Under the pieces are notes generated by a model. That model worked only from the letters and a program-made list of their open reading frames with translations. It had not been told where the DNA came from and ran no database searches. A program made the translations under genes and the position numbers. Of a stretch of 64,000 nucleotides of DNA, positions 1 to 9,538 are shown piece after piece. The stretch comes from a virus (Duplodnaviria; Caudoviricetes), in the IMG/VR virus record IMGVR_UViG_2832928787_000001, positions 1 through 64,000 of that record; one strand, 5' to 3'. Positions within the stretch are counted from its first letter, which is position 1; each line of letters starts with the position of its first letter.

Positions 1-1377
1 ATGACCGACGACACTCTCAGAGTTCCTCCTTACTCCAGCAAAGCAGAGCGCGTGCTTCTCAGCGGACTACTACAGCTTGCTGTTCTTCCTGATGCCGATT
101 TGATCGCCGCCGACATTCAGCAGCTCTTGGTGGGCGAGGAAGCCTTCTATCTCGCCCCGCATCGGCTGATTTACAGAGTGATTTCCAGCCTCCGCTCGCC
201 ACTGCAGGTCGACGCGCAGCAGGTGGCCGAACGACTAGAGGAACAAGGGTTGCTCGACGCTGCTGGCGGCATGGAGGCTGTCGCTAGCCTGTCCCATATG
301 TCCCCGACCAGCCAAGAAGTACGGGATGCGGCCGTCGTTGTTTCTAACAAGGCTGCGCTGCGCCGTTGGATCATCACAGCATCCGAGATCCAGGATATTT
401 GCTACAACGCGGGAACCAACTCGGCGGCAGCGCTAGATCGGTTGAATGCATTGGCTTTTTCTCATCATGCTGGCGCCAGTAACGCGTCGGTCACTATTGA
501 CCAAGCACTTGGTGCAATGACCGAGCAGATAGATAGGCTGTACGCTACCCCTGAGTCTGAGGAGCCTTTGCTCGGTTTACCAACCGGCTTCGTCGACATC
601 GATAACGTGACCTCCGGGCTGCTCCCGGGCGATCTGATCGTCATTGCTGGTAGGCCCTCCATGGGGAAAACAGCGCTGGCACTCAATATCGGGCTGAATG
701 TCGCAACCAATACGGGCTTACCAGTTGGCATCATTTCGTTGACGACGACAACCTCCACAGTGACCCAGCAGCTGCTCTGTGCCGCCGGCCGGATGGATGG
801 CCATAATTTGGCCACTGGCAAGTTTACCGACGAGGATTGGAAGCGGTTTTCCAACGGGTTGACTACGTTGGCAAAGACCCACATTGTCATCGATGATTCA
901 CCGGCAATGACGGTGAGCGCCGTTTGCCGCTCTGCTCGCCAGATGGCGTCCAAGCACGGTGGCAAGCTCGGCCTGCTGATCATCAATTTCTTGCAGATGA
1001 TTTCTGGTGACGGCCGCGGTAAAACCCGTTCAGAAGAGCTGTCTGATGCAACGCGCGCAATCAAACAGTTAGCGAGAGAGCTTAAGACCCCCATCATTCT
1101 TGAATCCGCCCTGAATCGCTACGTTGAGATGCGCCAAAACAAACGCCCGATTTTGTCTGATTTACGTGAGTCCGGATCCATCGAGAACGATGCTGACCTG
1201 GTGTTATTTACGTACCGTGATGAAATCTATAACCCTGACAGCCCTGACCGCGGCACTGTGGAGATCATTATCGGAAAACATCGCGGTGAGCCATCCCGCC
1301 CACTTAGACTGGCGTTCATCCCACAATTTTACCTCTTAGAAAATTCAATAATTTCATATTGGGATATTGACGCTTAA
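1..1377 (+). CDS. dnaB: DnaB-like replicative helicase paralogue with degenerate catalytic motifs
   Basis: N-term LRVPPYS, Walker A GRPSMGKT, SDLRESGSIENDAD and IYNPDS are DnaB-like; FSLEM, IDYLQ and SQLNR read ISLTT, INFLQ and SALNR. Confidence 0.9.
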   Translation: MTDDTLRVPPYSSKAERVLLSGLLQLAVLPDADLIAADIQQLLVGEEAFYLAPHRLIYRVISSLRSPLQVDAQQVAERLEEQGLLDAAGGMEAVASLSHMSPTSQEVRDAAVVVSNKAALRRWIITASEIQDICYNAGTNSAAALDRLNALAFSHHAGASNASVTIDQALGAMTEQIDRLYATPESEEPLLGLPTGFVDIDNVTSGLLPGDLIVIAGRPSMGKTALALNIGLNVATNTGLPVGIISLTTTTSTVTQQLLCAAGRMDGHNLATGKFTDEDWKRFSNGLTTLAKTHIVIDDSPAMTVSAVCRSARQMASKHGGKLGLLIINFLQMISGDGRGKTRSEELSDATRAIKQLARELKTPIILESALNRYVEMRQNKRPILSDLRESGSIENDADLVLFTYRDEIYNPDSPDRGTVEIIIGKHRGEPSRPLRLAFIPQFYLLENSIISYWDIDA

Positions 1378-1535
1378 TCAGATACAGTTCGGGAAAGAAG
1401 GGGGCCGGTTGTTGCGGCATGGTGGCGATGGTGGGCTAACCAGTCATGTCAAGCATCAGATTGAACAGAATACCAATCCTGATTGACCACAGTGATCAGA
1501 TTCATGGTCATCGCCAATCAACCGGCCGAGGCTGA

Positions 1536-2033
1536 TCAGTCGGCAATGAGGCGATCAGCCCGCACCACTGCCTGACACGCACTCAGTTGCCTGACGGCGG
1601 TATCGGCATCGGCTGCGAGGGCGACAAGATCATCAGCAACCGCCGGCTGAATGTCGGCTCTCGCGGCACCATCACTGCCGCCGGCGCCGACGCCAGTTGC
1701 GGACAGGCTGCAACTGCCGGAGACGACGGGGACTGACAAGCGGACAGTGCCAGCACGCAGCTGAGCGCGAAGACGATCGGTTTCCAGTTGGGCATTGCGT
1801 TCGTTCTCCTGATATTTGGCATCGATAGTGGCCAGCGCCTGGGCGTGCTGCTGTTCGGCGGCACGGGCGGACCGCTCCTGCGCCAGCAGTTTGGTGTTGA
1901 GCCGGGCGCGGTCGGCATCCCATTCGGCCTGCATACCGGCAGCGCCTCGGCTGTGGCCGTGCCACCAGATGCCAGCCAGCAACGTGAGGACGGCCAACGC
2001 GCCGGCGGCGTAGCGATAGAGCGCGGGCATCAT
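1536..2033 (-). CDS. Rz-like inner-membrane spanin
   Basis: N-terminal TM, coiled coil, LRAGTVRLSV motif; follows the endolysin. Confidence 0.85.
   Translation of the reverse strand: MMPALYRYAAGALAVLTLLAGIWWHGHSRGAAGMQAEWDADRARLNTKLLAQERSARAAEQQHAQALATIDAKYQENERNAQLETDRLRAQLRAGTVRLSVPVVSGSCSLSATGVGAGGSDGAARADIQPAVADDLVALAADADTAVRQLSACQAVVRADRLIAD
1583..1795 (-). CDS. Rz1-like outer-membrane spanin lipoprotein embedded in Rz
   Basis: MPNWK...LALSAC lipobox, Pro-rich, in an alternative frame inside Rz. Confidence 0.8.
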   Translation of the reverse strand: MPNWKPIVFALSCVLALSACQSPSSPAVAACPQLASAPAAVMVPREPTFSRRLLMILSPSQPMPIPPSGN

Positions 2034-2527
2034 GCGACCTGCCCTCCGGCGGCAATGTAGGCGGCCTGCAGTGTGGTCAACGAGTGTTCATGCTGGCCGT
2101 AGCCGGCACCGGGCAACGATGCCCAGATGTTGCGGCACTTGCTGATCGCGGATTCCAGCCGGCCGGCCTTGATGTCGTCGAGGGCGCGGCGTTCGCGGAT
2201 CTGTTGCAGCGCAATGCGGTCCTGGTTGACCGGGGAAAAATTCGCCAGGCCGAGCTGGCGGCGGTAGGCATCGTAGTAGCGCATCAGCAACTGGTAGCGG
2301 CCAGCGGCCGTGCTCTTGATGCCGAGTTTCGGCAGGGCGATCAGTTGCCGGGGGTGGTCTGCATAGCTGCGGAACAGCAGCGGTGCGGCCGGTGTGCTGC
2401 CAACGATGACGTTGTAGCCGTCGTCGCTAGCTGCCAGCAGGGCCGGGCCCAGTTCGCTGCGGGCCAGCATGTCGAGGAAGGCGGTCACGTTGGTACCGCC
2501 GGCATCCTGTGCGCTGATTCTTGCCAT
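2030..2527 (-). CDS. Endolysin, lambda R-like lytic transglycosylase
   Basis: AFLDMLARSE, STAAGRYQ, FSPVNQD and WASLPGAGYGQ motifs. Confidence 0.93.
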   Translation of the reverse strand: MARISAQDAGGTNVTAFLDMLARSELGPALLAASDDGYNVIVGSTPAAPLLFRSYADHPRQLIALPKLGIKSTAAGRYQLLMRYYDAYRRQLGLANFSPVNQDRIALQQIRERRALDDIKAGRLESAISKCRNIWASLPGAGYGQHEHSLTTLQAAYIAAGGQVA

Positions 2528-2591
2528 GGTGTGTTCTTTCAGAATGAGAGAAGCCCCGCGCAGCGGGGCTTCGGGAGATCAGGGGTAGCGG

Positions 2592-3086
2592 TTACTGTTC
2601 GCTGTCGCCGGCGTCGCGCTGGCCACCCAATCTGACGAACAGCAGCCGCTTGATCCAGCCGACGTCTTTCAGCACCGCCATCGCAGCGTCGGCGACCGGG
2701 ATCAGCAGCACGCCACACACCATGCCGGCGAAGCCGACGCCGCCCGGACCGAGTGCCCAGAATTCCGATGCCGCCACGCCGCCGAAGTACGAGCCGCTGG
2801 CCGACACGGCCAGCAGCACGCCCTTTTCCGGGCGGGAGCGGCCGCGCAGGTTCAGCAGCAGAAACAGCGAACCGACGAAGGCGCCGCTTGCGGCCGAGAT
2901 GTGGACCGGTGGCACCGCGCCAGTCGCTGCCTTGCCGGCAACGGCAGCGACGGCCTGGGCCGACAGGCCGGCCAGCGCTGCTGACAACCCGGCAACGATC
3001 AGGTTGCGGAATACCAGCAGGGTGATGAGGCCGGCAGCGATAGCTGCCAGAAACTGCCAGCTTCGGCGGCGGAGTGTTTGTGTCAC
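2592..3086 (-). CDS. Putative holin (multi-TM)
   Basis: Several hydrophobic helices directly upstream of the endolysin; GTG start preceded by GGAAGG. Confidence 0.65.
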   Translation of the reverse strand: MTQTLRRRSWQFLAAIAAGLITLLVFRNLIVAGLSAALAGLSAQAVAAVAGKAATGAVPPVHISAASGAFVGSLFLLLNLRGRSRPEKGVLLAVSASGSYFGGVAASEFWALGPGGVGFAGMVCGVLLIPVADAAMAVLKDVGWIKRLLFVRLGGQRDAGDSEQ

Positions 3087-3154
3087 GGGTGAGCCTTCCA
3101 TAGAAAAGGCCGCACGAATGCGGCCGGTTTGCCCCAGAGCCCCTTTGGTAGCGC

Positions 3155-4204
3155 TTACGGCGCGATCACCTTCAGCGGTTTTTCCGCCTTCTTTTTCTTG
3201 CCCTTCTTGGCACGGGACTTTTTCAGTGTTTCCTTGCTGACACCCAGCTCAGCGCTGGTCGACCAGCCGCCGGCGCTGTAGTCGTGGGTCACGCTCTCGA
3301 TCGGATACAGACCATCGACGCCCGACTTGATGCCGCTCACCCGTACCTGGCGTTCGGCGACCAGATCGGCGCGACCCGGGAGGGTCAGCGACAGGGTGAT
3401 GGTCGAGCGGTTGCCCCGATCCAGCGCCCCCTTGGCGGTCGCGGCCGCCCTGCCCTTCGCCGGCACCGGGTGGCGGACGACCCGCACCGGGCCGTCCGGG
3501 TTGGATTTGTCCGGAACCAAGACCGCGAGGGTCTTGCCGGTCTTCGGGTCGTGGGTTTTGGTTTTGACGCCGCCCGAGGCATTGCGGTCGCTCGCGCTCC
3601 AGCGCCAGCTTTTGATGTCCTTCCGGGTCAGCACGATGACCGGCAATGTCTTGCCGCTGGCGCTTTTCGCCTGTCCGCCACGCGGCAGCACCAGCAGCTT
3701 GCCGCCCTTGACCGATGCGGTCGCGTCGTACTGGCGCGCGATGCGGGTGATGAAGTGCAGATCGCTCTCGTTCATCTGGTCGAGGCGGTCGATGGCGGCT
3801 TTAACCTGGCACACCGGTGTCAGCTTGTTGCGGGACGCGACGGTACGCACCACCTGATCCAGCGTGGTGTTTTCCCAGGAATGCTTGCGGGCCGTTTTCA
3901 GACCACCTGACATGTCGGCAGGCCGGCCCCGGATAACGATCTGCTGTGGCGGGCTGCTGCTTTCGACCTCGTCGACCTTGTACTTGCCGATCCGGCTCAG
4001 CCCGGTTTCGCGATAGCCGAGGCTGACGTCAATCGTCACTCCACGACGCGGCAGCGTGATAGCGCCATCGCGGTCATCGAGCGTGACTTCGACTTCATCG
4101 CTCTCGACGCCAGCCTTGTCGGTCACTTTCATATTGATCAGTCGGTCGCGAAACTGGGCGGTGGCGTCCTTGCCGTCGGCGAGGATCTGGAAATCTGGGC
4201 GCAT
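3155..4204 (-). CDS. P2 GpD-like late control / baseplate hub protein
   Basis: MRPDFQILADGKD, LDDRDG, QMNESDLHFITRIA. Confidence 0.88.
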   Translation of the reverse strand: MRPDFQILADGKDATAQFRDRLINMKVTDKAGVESDEVEVTLDDRDGAITLPRRGVTIDVSLGYRETGLSRIGKYKVDEVESSSPPQQIVIRGRPADMSGGLKTARKHSWENTTLDQVVRTVASRNKLTPVCQVKAAIDRLDQMNESDLHFITRIARQYDATASVKGGKLLVLPRGGQAKSASGKTLPVIVLTRKDIKSWRWSASDRNASGGVKTKTHDPKTGKTLAVLVPDKSNPDGPVRVVRHPVPAKGRAAATAKGALDRGNRSTITLSLTLPGRADLVAERQVRVSGIKSGVDGLYPIESVTHDYSAGGWSTSAELGVSKETLKKSRAKKGKKKKAEKPLKVIAP

Positions 4205-4270
4205 CAATCGATCCTTCTAGAGATGTTCTAGCAGCAGTGTTATGATGAATGCATTTAAACTACTTTTACG

Positions 4271-4831
4271 ATGACCATGCCTAGCGCCATTGACAATTTC
4301 GAATATGCTATCAAGGACGCAGAAGAACTCCTGGCTCACTTCGATTCAATCAATTGCAATCCTCCTCCAGCCAATGCGGAAGTTTTAAAAAGAGCTGGAC
4401 TTGTAATGGCTCTCACAGCATGGGAGACCTATGTTGAAGACCGCGTAGTCGAAGACATGAACAAAAAACTAAGCGCAGTAAGTGGCAGCTATGTTGGAAA
4501 TTTTGTATTCAAGCGGCTACAGCAAGAGCTCAAGCAATTTCATAACCCCTCATCCGAAAAAACAAAAAAACTATTCGTTGATTACCTTGATTTGGATATT
4601 ACCACTGGATGGGCCTGGGCAAATTACACCCCCGAAAAAGCAAAAACAACCTTGAACAGCTTAATATCAAAACGTGGCGATGCCGTTCACCGCTCAAAGC
4701 AACCAAGCAACGATCAACCTGCGGCGCATCTGATAAAAAGGGATGAGCTCGAAAAAGCCATCAGATTCATAAAAGATCTTGCCAAAGCATCGGATAGCTT
4801 TCTCGACAAACATCTCTATCTATCTCGATAG
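4271..4831 (+). CDS. HEPN-domain protein (RiboL-PSP-HEPN-like), antisense moron
   Basis: LVMALTAWETYVED helix and RGDAVH (RxxxxH); AT-richer than flanks; upstream TGnTATGAT. Confidence 0.75.
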   Translation: MTMPSAIDNFEYAIKDAEELLAHFDSINCNPPPANAEVLKRAGLVMALTAWETYVEDRVVEDMNKKLSAVSGSYVGNFVFKRLQQELKQFHNPSSEKTKKLFVDYLDLDITTGWAWANYTPEKAKTTLNSLISKRGDAVHRSKQPSNDQPAAHLIKRDELEKAIRFIKDLAKASDSFLDKHLYLSR

Positions 4832-4838
4832 GCTCCCC

Positions 4839-5045
4839 TCACTCCCACAATGTCACCACCTCCCGCGTCGGCGCCGGCAGATCCGGCAGCTCGATCACCA
4901 CTCCGCCACGGTACGGCTGGCGCTCGGCCGCCAGCCCCCGGTTCGCTTCCAGCACCATGGCGACACAGCCATTCAGGTGCCCGTAGTGCGCTTGGCACAA
5001 TGTGTCGAGGATGTCGCCGTCACAGGTTCTGATAGTCGTCGCCAT
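4839..5045 (-). CDS. P2 GpX-like tail protein
   Basis: GDILDTLC..HYG, VLEANRGLA, IELPDL, C-terminal LWE. Confidence 0.9.
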   Translation of the reverse strand: MATTIRTCDGDILDTLCQAHYGHLNGCVAMVLEANRGLAAERQPYRGGVVIELPDLPAPTREVVTLWE

Positions 5046-5847
5046 ACAGTCCGAACTCCAGGGTGAACGATTGTTTGCGCGGCGCACCGTCCCTGAAGAA
5101 ATGGCTCTGCTCTTCGTCGATGCTGTTCAGGTACCACCGGCCCAGCAGTTCGCCGTAGCCGGTGGTCAGGGTGACCGGCTCCAGCCGGTCGCCGATGGCA
5201 CGCAGTGCGTTGAGGTGGCCACTGCCGTGCGCCGCCAGGAAGACGGCGCCGCTCAGGGTCAGGGTGTTGCCGCCACGGCTGACCGCCTGCAGTGCCTGCG
5301 TACGCTGCAGCCGTTCCTGCGCCGGGTTGTTGAATTTGTTCGATCGGCGCAACTGGTCGAATGCAGCCTGGCCGAGGGCAAACCGAAACAGCTGCCCCTT
5401 CTCGCCGGCGATCTCCAGCTGGAACGACGATGCCGGCGCATCGTTAAACTTCAGCCCGGCAGCAGACAGGGCGCTGCGCGCCAGGTTCTGTGCCGACAGC
5501 CCACCGGCGAGATTGCCCAGCGAGCCGCCAATGGCACGTTTCAGCATGCCGCTGGCGGCGCCGAGCCGGGCACCGGCCTCCTGCAGCACCTGGGCGCCGG
5601 CAGCGGACAGGTCCTTGCTTGCCAGATCAATGATGCCGGCCGCTCGCGAGACGGCCTGGCCGACAGGCCCCTTCAGCATCGGCGCAGCGCTGGTCAGCAG
5701 GCCGGCCGCTTTCTGTGTCAGCGCAGCAGCGCTGTCGGCCTGGCTGACGGCGCTGGCAAGATCGCGCACCGCGCCCGGCAACCGGGCGACGCCAGCCGCC
5801 TGCGCGGCGGCATTGGCGGCCAGATTGAGCATCGGCAGGTATTCCAT
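5020..5847 (-). CDS. P2 GpU-like tail protein with Ala-rich N-terminal extension
   Basis: C-terminal LTTGYGELLGRW...GAPRKQSFTLEF; lies between TMP and gpX. Confidence 0.82.
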   Translation of the reverse strand: MEYLPMLNLAANAAAQAAGVARLPGAVRDLASAVSQADSAAALTQKAAGLLTSAAPMLKGPVGQAVSRAAGIIDLASKDLSAAGAQVLQEAGARLGAASGMLKRAIGGSLGNLAGGLSAQNLARSALSAAGLKFNDAPASSFQLEIAGEKGQLFRFALGQAAFDQLRRSNKFNNPAQERLQRTQALQAVSRGGNTLTLSGAVFLAAHGSGHLNALRAIGDRLEPVTLTTGYGELLGRWYLNSIDEEQSHFFRDGAPRKQSFTLEFGLYGDDYQNL

Positions 5848-5864
5848 GAGATTCCTTTTGTAGA

Positions 5865-8372
5865 TCAGCCCACCGGGTCGAACATCGCCGAGCGGCCGGC
5901 CTGTTGCTGCCAGCCATCGAAGATCCGCTTCAGGTACGGCGCTAGGCTGGCGGCCACCTGGGCCGGGTCCTTGACGTCGCCCTTGACCGTGATCTGGATG
6001 ACGGGCTTGAAAACAAATTGCTGCGTCTTGCTCACCGGCGCACCGCTGCTAGCGGGGCGGGACGCCGGCAATCCGGCGGCTGTCGCCGCCACTGTCGTCG
6101 GCGCGACAGGTGGCACCGCGCGGGCGGGCGCAACCAGTTTCGGCGGGACGACAACGGCCGGCACAGGGCGGACTCCAGCAACAGGTATCGTTTCGGCCAC
6201 CACGGTCCGGCCGCCGATCGCATTACCAAGCCGTGGCCCGCCGGCCGGCGCCTTGTGCTCGGCCGTGGCGATTTTTTCGCCTACCGTACTGCCGAGTTTG
6301 CTACCAGCAAACGTGCCGATGGCCCCACCCAGTACGCCACCGATAGCCATGCCGATCGGCCCGGCAAGCGTGCCGGCAATGGCACCGAGTTTGGCGCCCG
6401 CGAGGCCGCCGGCCAGCGAACCGGCCGCACTGCCGTAGCCGGCCCCCTTCTCCTTACCAGTCCTGGCGTTCGCATAGGTGTCGTAGACCTGATAGGCCGC
6501 CGTGCCGGCCGCCAGAATGCCGCCGGCGTTGCGGCCGAGGAAGCCACCAGCCCGGCCGAGCGCACTGCCGAGACGGCCAAAGCGCCCAGCCCGGCCGGCA
6601 CGCGCCCCGGGCTTGCCCTTGCCGCCCGCGTCCGGACCGTCCCCGCCCGAGATGCCGCCCCCCGGCCAGTTGGTGACGAACACCCGCTGCGCACCGGCGG
6701 CACTCCCCGGACCTTTCCCGTCAACGCCAGGAATAGACAATCCGCCACGGCCGGGCTTGTCCGTCGGCAGCTTCAATCCGAACCGTTCCATGGCTTTACC
6801 GGCGACCCATTGCGTACCGCCTGTCACGATTTTCTTGCCAGACCAGGCCAGCGTGCCCAGCCCCCCCGCGACGGCAGCAAGTCCCAGCCACGGCTTGTCC
6901 TGCATCAGCGAACTTCCCAGATGCAAGGCACCGGCGGCCAGATCCGCAGCGGCATCGGTAACGGGCCGGATCGCGTCACCAAGCGATATCATGGCGCCGC
7001 TGAATTCACTGGCAGCCATTTCCCACTTGCGGTTCGAGGTCTGATCGCGCGCCGATTTGTCCTTGGCGAGTTTGGCACCACCATCGGTCGCCTTGATTTT
7101 GTCCAGATCGGACTGGATCTGGTCGGCGTACTTGATCTGCGCAAGCGCGGCGGAACGTGCCTGCATGTCAGAAATGACCTCCCCCAGACCCGCCGCCTGC
7201 ATATAGGCCGAAAGCGCCTCCTCTTCGGCTTTCTTGTCACCCTGGCTATTTTTGACCTTGGCTTTCAGCGCTTCGATCTTCTTTGCGCGGGTTTTGTCGC
7301 CTTTGGTGGCCAGGTGTTCTGCCAGCCGGATAAAGGCTGCAATCGGCCCATCACCATGGGCGCGCATGGTTTGTTCCATGGAGCCCTGCAGATCAATGCC
7401 GGCATCAGCGAATTTCTTGTTGCTCTCCGGAGAAATGATCTTGCTGAGCAGGTTCTTCAGGTTGTTGGCAGCACTGTCGGCATTCCCGGTCAGCTTGATC
7501 TGCGCTTGCAGGCTGGCCGCCAGGTAACGTGCAGCCTCCTGTCCTTTCATCCCCATGCCACCGACGGTCGCCATCAGTTCCGGCAGGAACTTGGCCATCT
7601 TGTCCGACTCGAAGGCACCAAGGTCGCCGGCTACGGCGATCTCGCCCATGACCTTGCGCATTTCGGACTGTTTGACACCGTTTTCCTTGAATGCGTAGAT
7701 CAGTTGGGCCGCGTCACCCGCATCCATTTTCTGACCGACGGTCAACTCGCCAAGCAGATCGCCGTAACCCGTCGCCTCTTTCCAATCCATCCCCTGAGTA
7801 ACCAGGCCATTGACTGAGCGTGCCAGTTCGGACTGGTTGACTTTCTGGCGCGCAGCCGCAGCACGGACCAGACGGTCCAGTTCCTGCTCTTCTCCTTGCC
7901 CCGCAATACCGCCCTTGATGGCAATGTCGCGAATTTCCGACTGATAGTCCCCGCTGGCCTTGGTCGGCATGGCAGCCATGCCAAGGCCGGTAACGGCCGT
8001 GCGCCCGAGCTTGGCGCCTTCCTGCATGTTGCCGATGCCAGCGGTCTGCCACTGGATACCTTTGACGGTGCGCCCCAGCTTCGCGTAGCTGCGGTCGAGT
8101 GCCCCCACGTCAATGCCGGCTTTTTTCAGTGCAGCATTGTGCTGATCGATCTGTCGACGCAAGCTGTCGACACCCTTGCCGCCGGACTTGAATGTCTCGC
8201 TGTATTCGCGCTGCAACTGCTGGGTGCGGCCGATCAGGGCCTGCAGGCCGCGCGCGTCCTCGGCCTTGGCCTTGAGGCCGCTAATCAGGCCCGTGGTTTT
8301 GCCAACTGCAGCACCCAGAGTGGACGACACCGCGCCACCGATTAAAATACCAAGTGCAATGTCCTTGGACAC
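5865..8372 (-). CDS. Tape measure protein
   Basis: Long Ala/Gly-rich ORF with AANNLKNLLSKI and glycine-zipper segment; GTG start after GGAG. Confidence 0.88.
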   Translation of the reverse strand: MSKDIALGILIGGAVSSTLGAAVGKTTGLISGLKAKAEDARGLQALIGRTQQLQREYSETFKSGGKGVDSLRRQIDQHNAALKKAGIDVGALDRSYAKLGRTVKGIQWQTAGIGNMQEGAKLGRTAVTGLGMAAMPTKASGDYQSEIRDIAIKGGIAGQGEEQELDRLVRAAAARQKVNQSELARSVNGLVTQGMDWKEATGYGDLLGELTVGQKMDAGDAAQLIYAFKENGVKQSEMRKVMGEIAVAGDLGAFESDKMAKFLPELMATVGGMGMKGQEAARYLAASLQAQIKLTGNADSAANNLKNLLSKIISPESNKKFADAGIDLQGSMEQTMRAHGDGPIAAFIRLAEHLATKGDKTRAKKIEALKAKVKNSQGDKKAEEEALSAYMQAAGLGEVISDMQARSAALAQIKYADQIQSDLDKIKATDGGAKLAKDKSARDQTSNRKWEMAASEFSGAMISLGDAIRPVTDAAADLAAGALHLGSSLMQDKPWLGLAAVAGGLGTLAWSGKKIVTGGTQWVAGKAMERFGLKLPTDKPGRGGLSIPGVDGKGPGSAAGAQRVFVTNWPGGGISGGDGPDAGGKGKPGARAGRAGRFGRLGSALGRAGGFLGRNAGGILAAGTAAYQVYDTYANARTGKEKGAGYGSAAGSLAGGLAGAKLGAIAGTLAGPIGMAIGGVLGGAIGTFAGSKLGSTVGEKIATAEHKAPAGGPRLGNAIGGRTVVAETIPVAGVRPVPAVVVPPKLVAPARAVPPVAPTTVAATAAGLPASRPASSGAPVSKTQQFVFKPVIQITVKGDVKDPAQVAASLAPYLKRIFDGWQQQAGRSAMFDPVG

Positions 8373-8384
8373 AGGAAATCTCCG

Positions 8385-8588
8385 ATGACTGCAGATAAAT
8401 GGTTTGACCTGACAGGCTGGCTCGCCATTGCCCTGATGGCGGGCATTGGCGCCGTGCACGCAGGGATGACAGGTGGCTGGCAAGCCGGCCACCTGATGTA
8501 TGGTGCAATGGCCGGCATACTGGTTTTCGGCCTACCGCTGGTCGTTCTGGCGCTGGTGGTGAGCTGGCTGTGGTCACGCCATCGCTAA
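8385..8588 (+). CDS. Small 2-TM membrane protein (antisense moron)
   Basis: 67-aa hydrophobic ORF filling the gap between tail chaperone and TMP. Confidence 0.6.
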   Translation: MTADKWFDLTGWLAIALMAGIGAVHAGMTGGWQAGHLMYGAMAGILVFGLPLVVLALVVSWLWSRHR

Positions 8589-8716
8589 CCGTCGTTCGTC
8601 AGCCACTCCAGCACCTCGCTGACCGGTACGGCACGGATTTCCGACCGCGGCCAGCCATGATCTCGCATCAACCTACGGGACAACTTCCACCACTGCGTTA
8701 CCGGCAGGATCGTCAT
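8585..8716 (-). CDS. GpE'-like tail chaperone extension (alternative frame)
   Basis: Hand translation MTILPVTQWWKLSRRLMRDHGWPRSEIRAVPVSEVLEWLTNDG; WP.SEI..P.SE..EW pattern of P2 GpE'. Confidence 0.7.
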   Translation of the reverse strand: MTILPVTQWWKLSRRLMRDHGWPRSEIRAVPVSEVLEWLTNDG

Positions 8717-8957
8717 CGGCCAGAAGCCGAAGATAGGCTTTCTGCATGCGTTCCAGGTCGCGGATCGTCAACCGTCTCAGGTCATCAGGTGCGCATTCGC
8801 ACAACAGGGAGAACATCCGCAACTCACGCTCGCCGGCATCTTTCGCCAGCTTTTCGCTGTCAAGCTGGTCGCCCACCGTCGGCTCGCGCATGTACAGCGT
8901 GTCGGTCCTGATGCCGTTGATTTCGATCGGGCTGGACAGGGTGATTCTCAGTTTCAT
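8673..8957 (-). CDS. Tail assembly chaperone (GpE/gp41-like)
   Basis: MREPTVGD motif; follows the tail tube gene. Confidence 0.85.
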   Translation of the reverse strand: MKLRITLSSPIEINGIRTDTLYMREPTVGDQLDSEKLAKDAGERELRMFSLLCECAPDDLRRLTIRDLERMQKAYLRLLADDDPAGNAVVEVVP

Positions 8958-9025
8958 GTTGACTCCATCAGGAATGCGTACAGCCCGCGGCGCGGGCTGT
9001 ACGTGGTTGGGGGAAATGCGTGGGG

Positions 9026-9529
9026 TTACAGGCCGATGGCAGCGCGTTCGGCGGCCAGTTCGTCGGTGCCGTCGATGATGCGGGTGCTGTTGACCGGGTC
9101 GATCTCGTAGACCACTACCGGGCCGACTTCGAGTTTGTAATAGCTGAGTGTCGCGGTGTATTTGGTCTCCGATTTGTCTCCCGGTTTCCAGCTCCCCATG
9201 TCGACCTCGGTCAGCAGCCCGCGCCAGGTGACGATGACGGCGACAACGGTCCCCTTCTGGTCGCGCATCGATCCGTGGAATCGCCCGTTGAATTGCGTAC
9301 CGTCGCCGATGCCGAAGAAGGACAGCGCCTCACGGTCGATGCCGCTCAGGGTGAAGCCCCCTTCGAGCTTTTCCAGACCGACCGGCATATCGATCTCGGC
9401 ATCCATGCCGCCGGCGCGATAAGCCTCCGTTTTCCGCTTGAGCTTCGGCAGCTGGATTTCCATGACCTTGGCGGCATAGCCGCGGCCATCGACGAACAGG
9501 TTCAGGTTAGTGAGGGTTTGCGGAATCAT
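9026..9529 (-). CDS. Major tail tube protein (P2 FII-like)
   Basis: NLFVDG, LPKL, YRAGGMD, YYKL, EID motifs. Confidence 0.92.
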   Translation of the reverse strand: MIPQTLTNLNLFVDGRGYAAKVMEIQLPKLKRKTEAYRAGGMDAEIDMPVGLEKLEGGFTLSGIDREALSFFGIGDGTQFNGRFHGSMRDQKGTVVAVIVTWRGLLTEVDMGSWKPGDKSETKYTATLSYYKLEVGPVVVYEIDPVNSTRIIDGTDELAAERAAIGL

Positions 9530-9538
9530 GGTCAGTCC

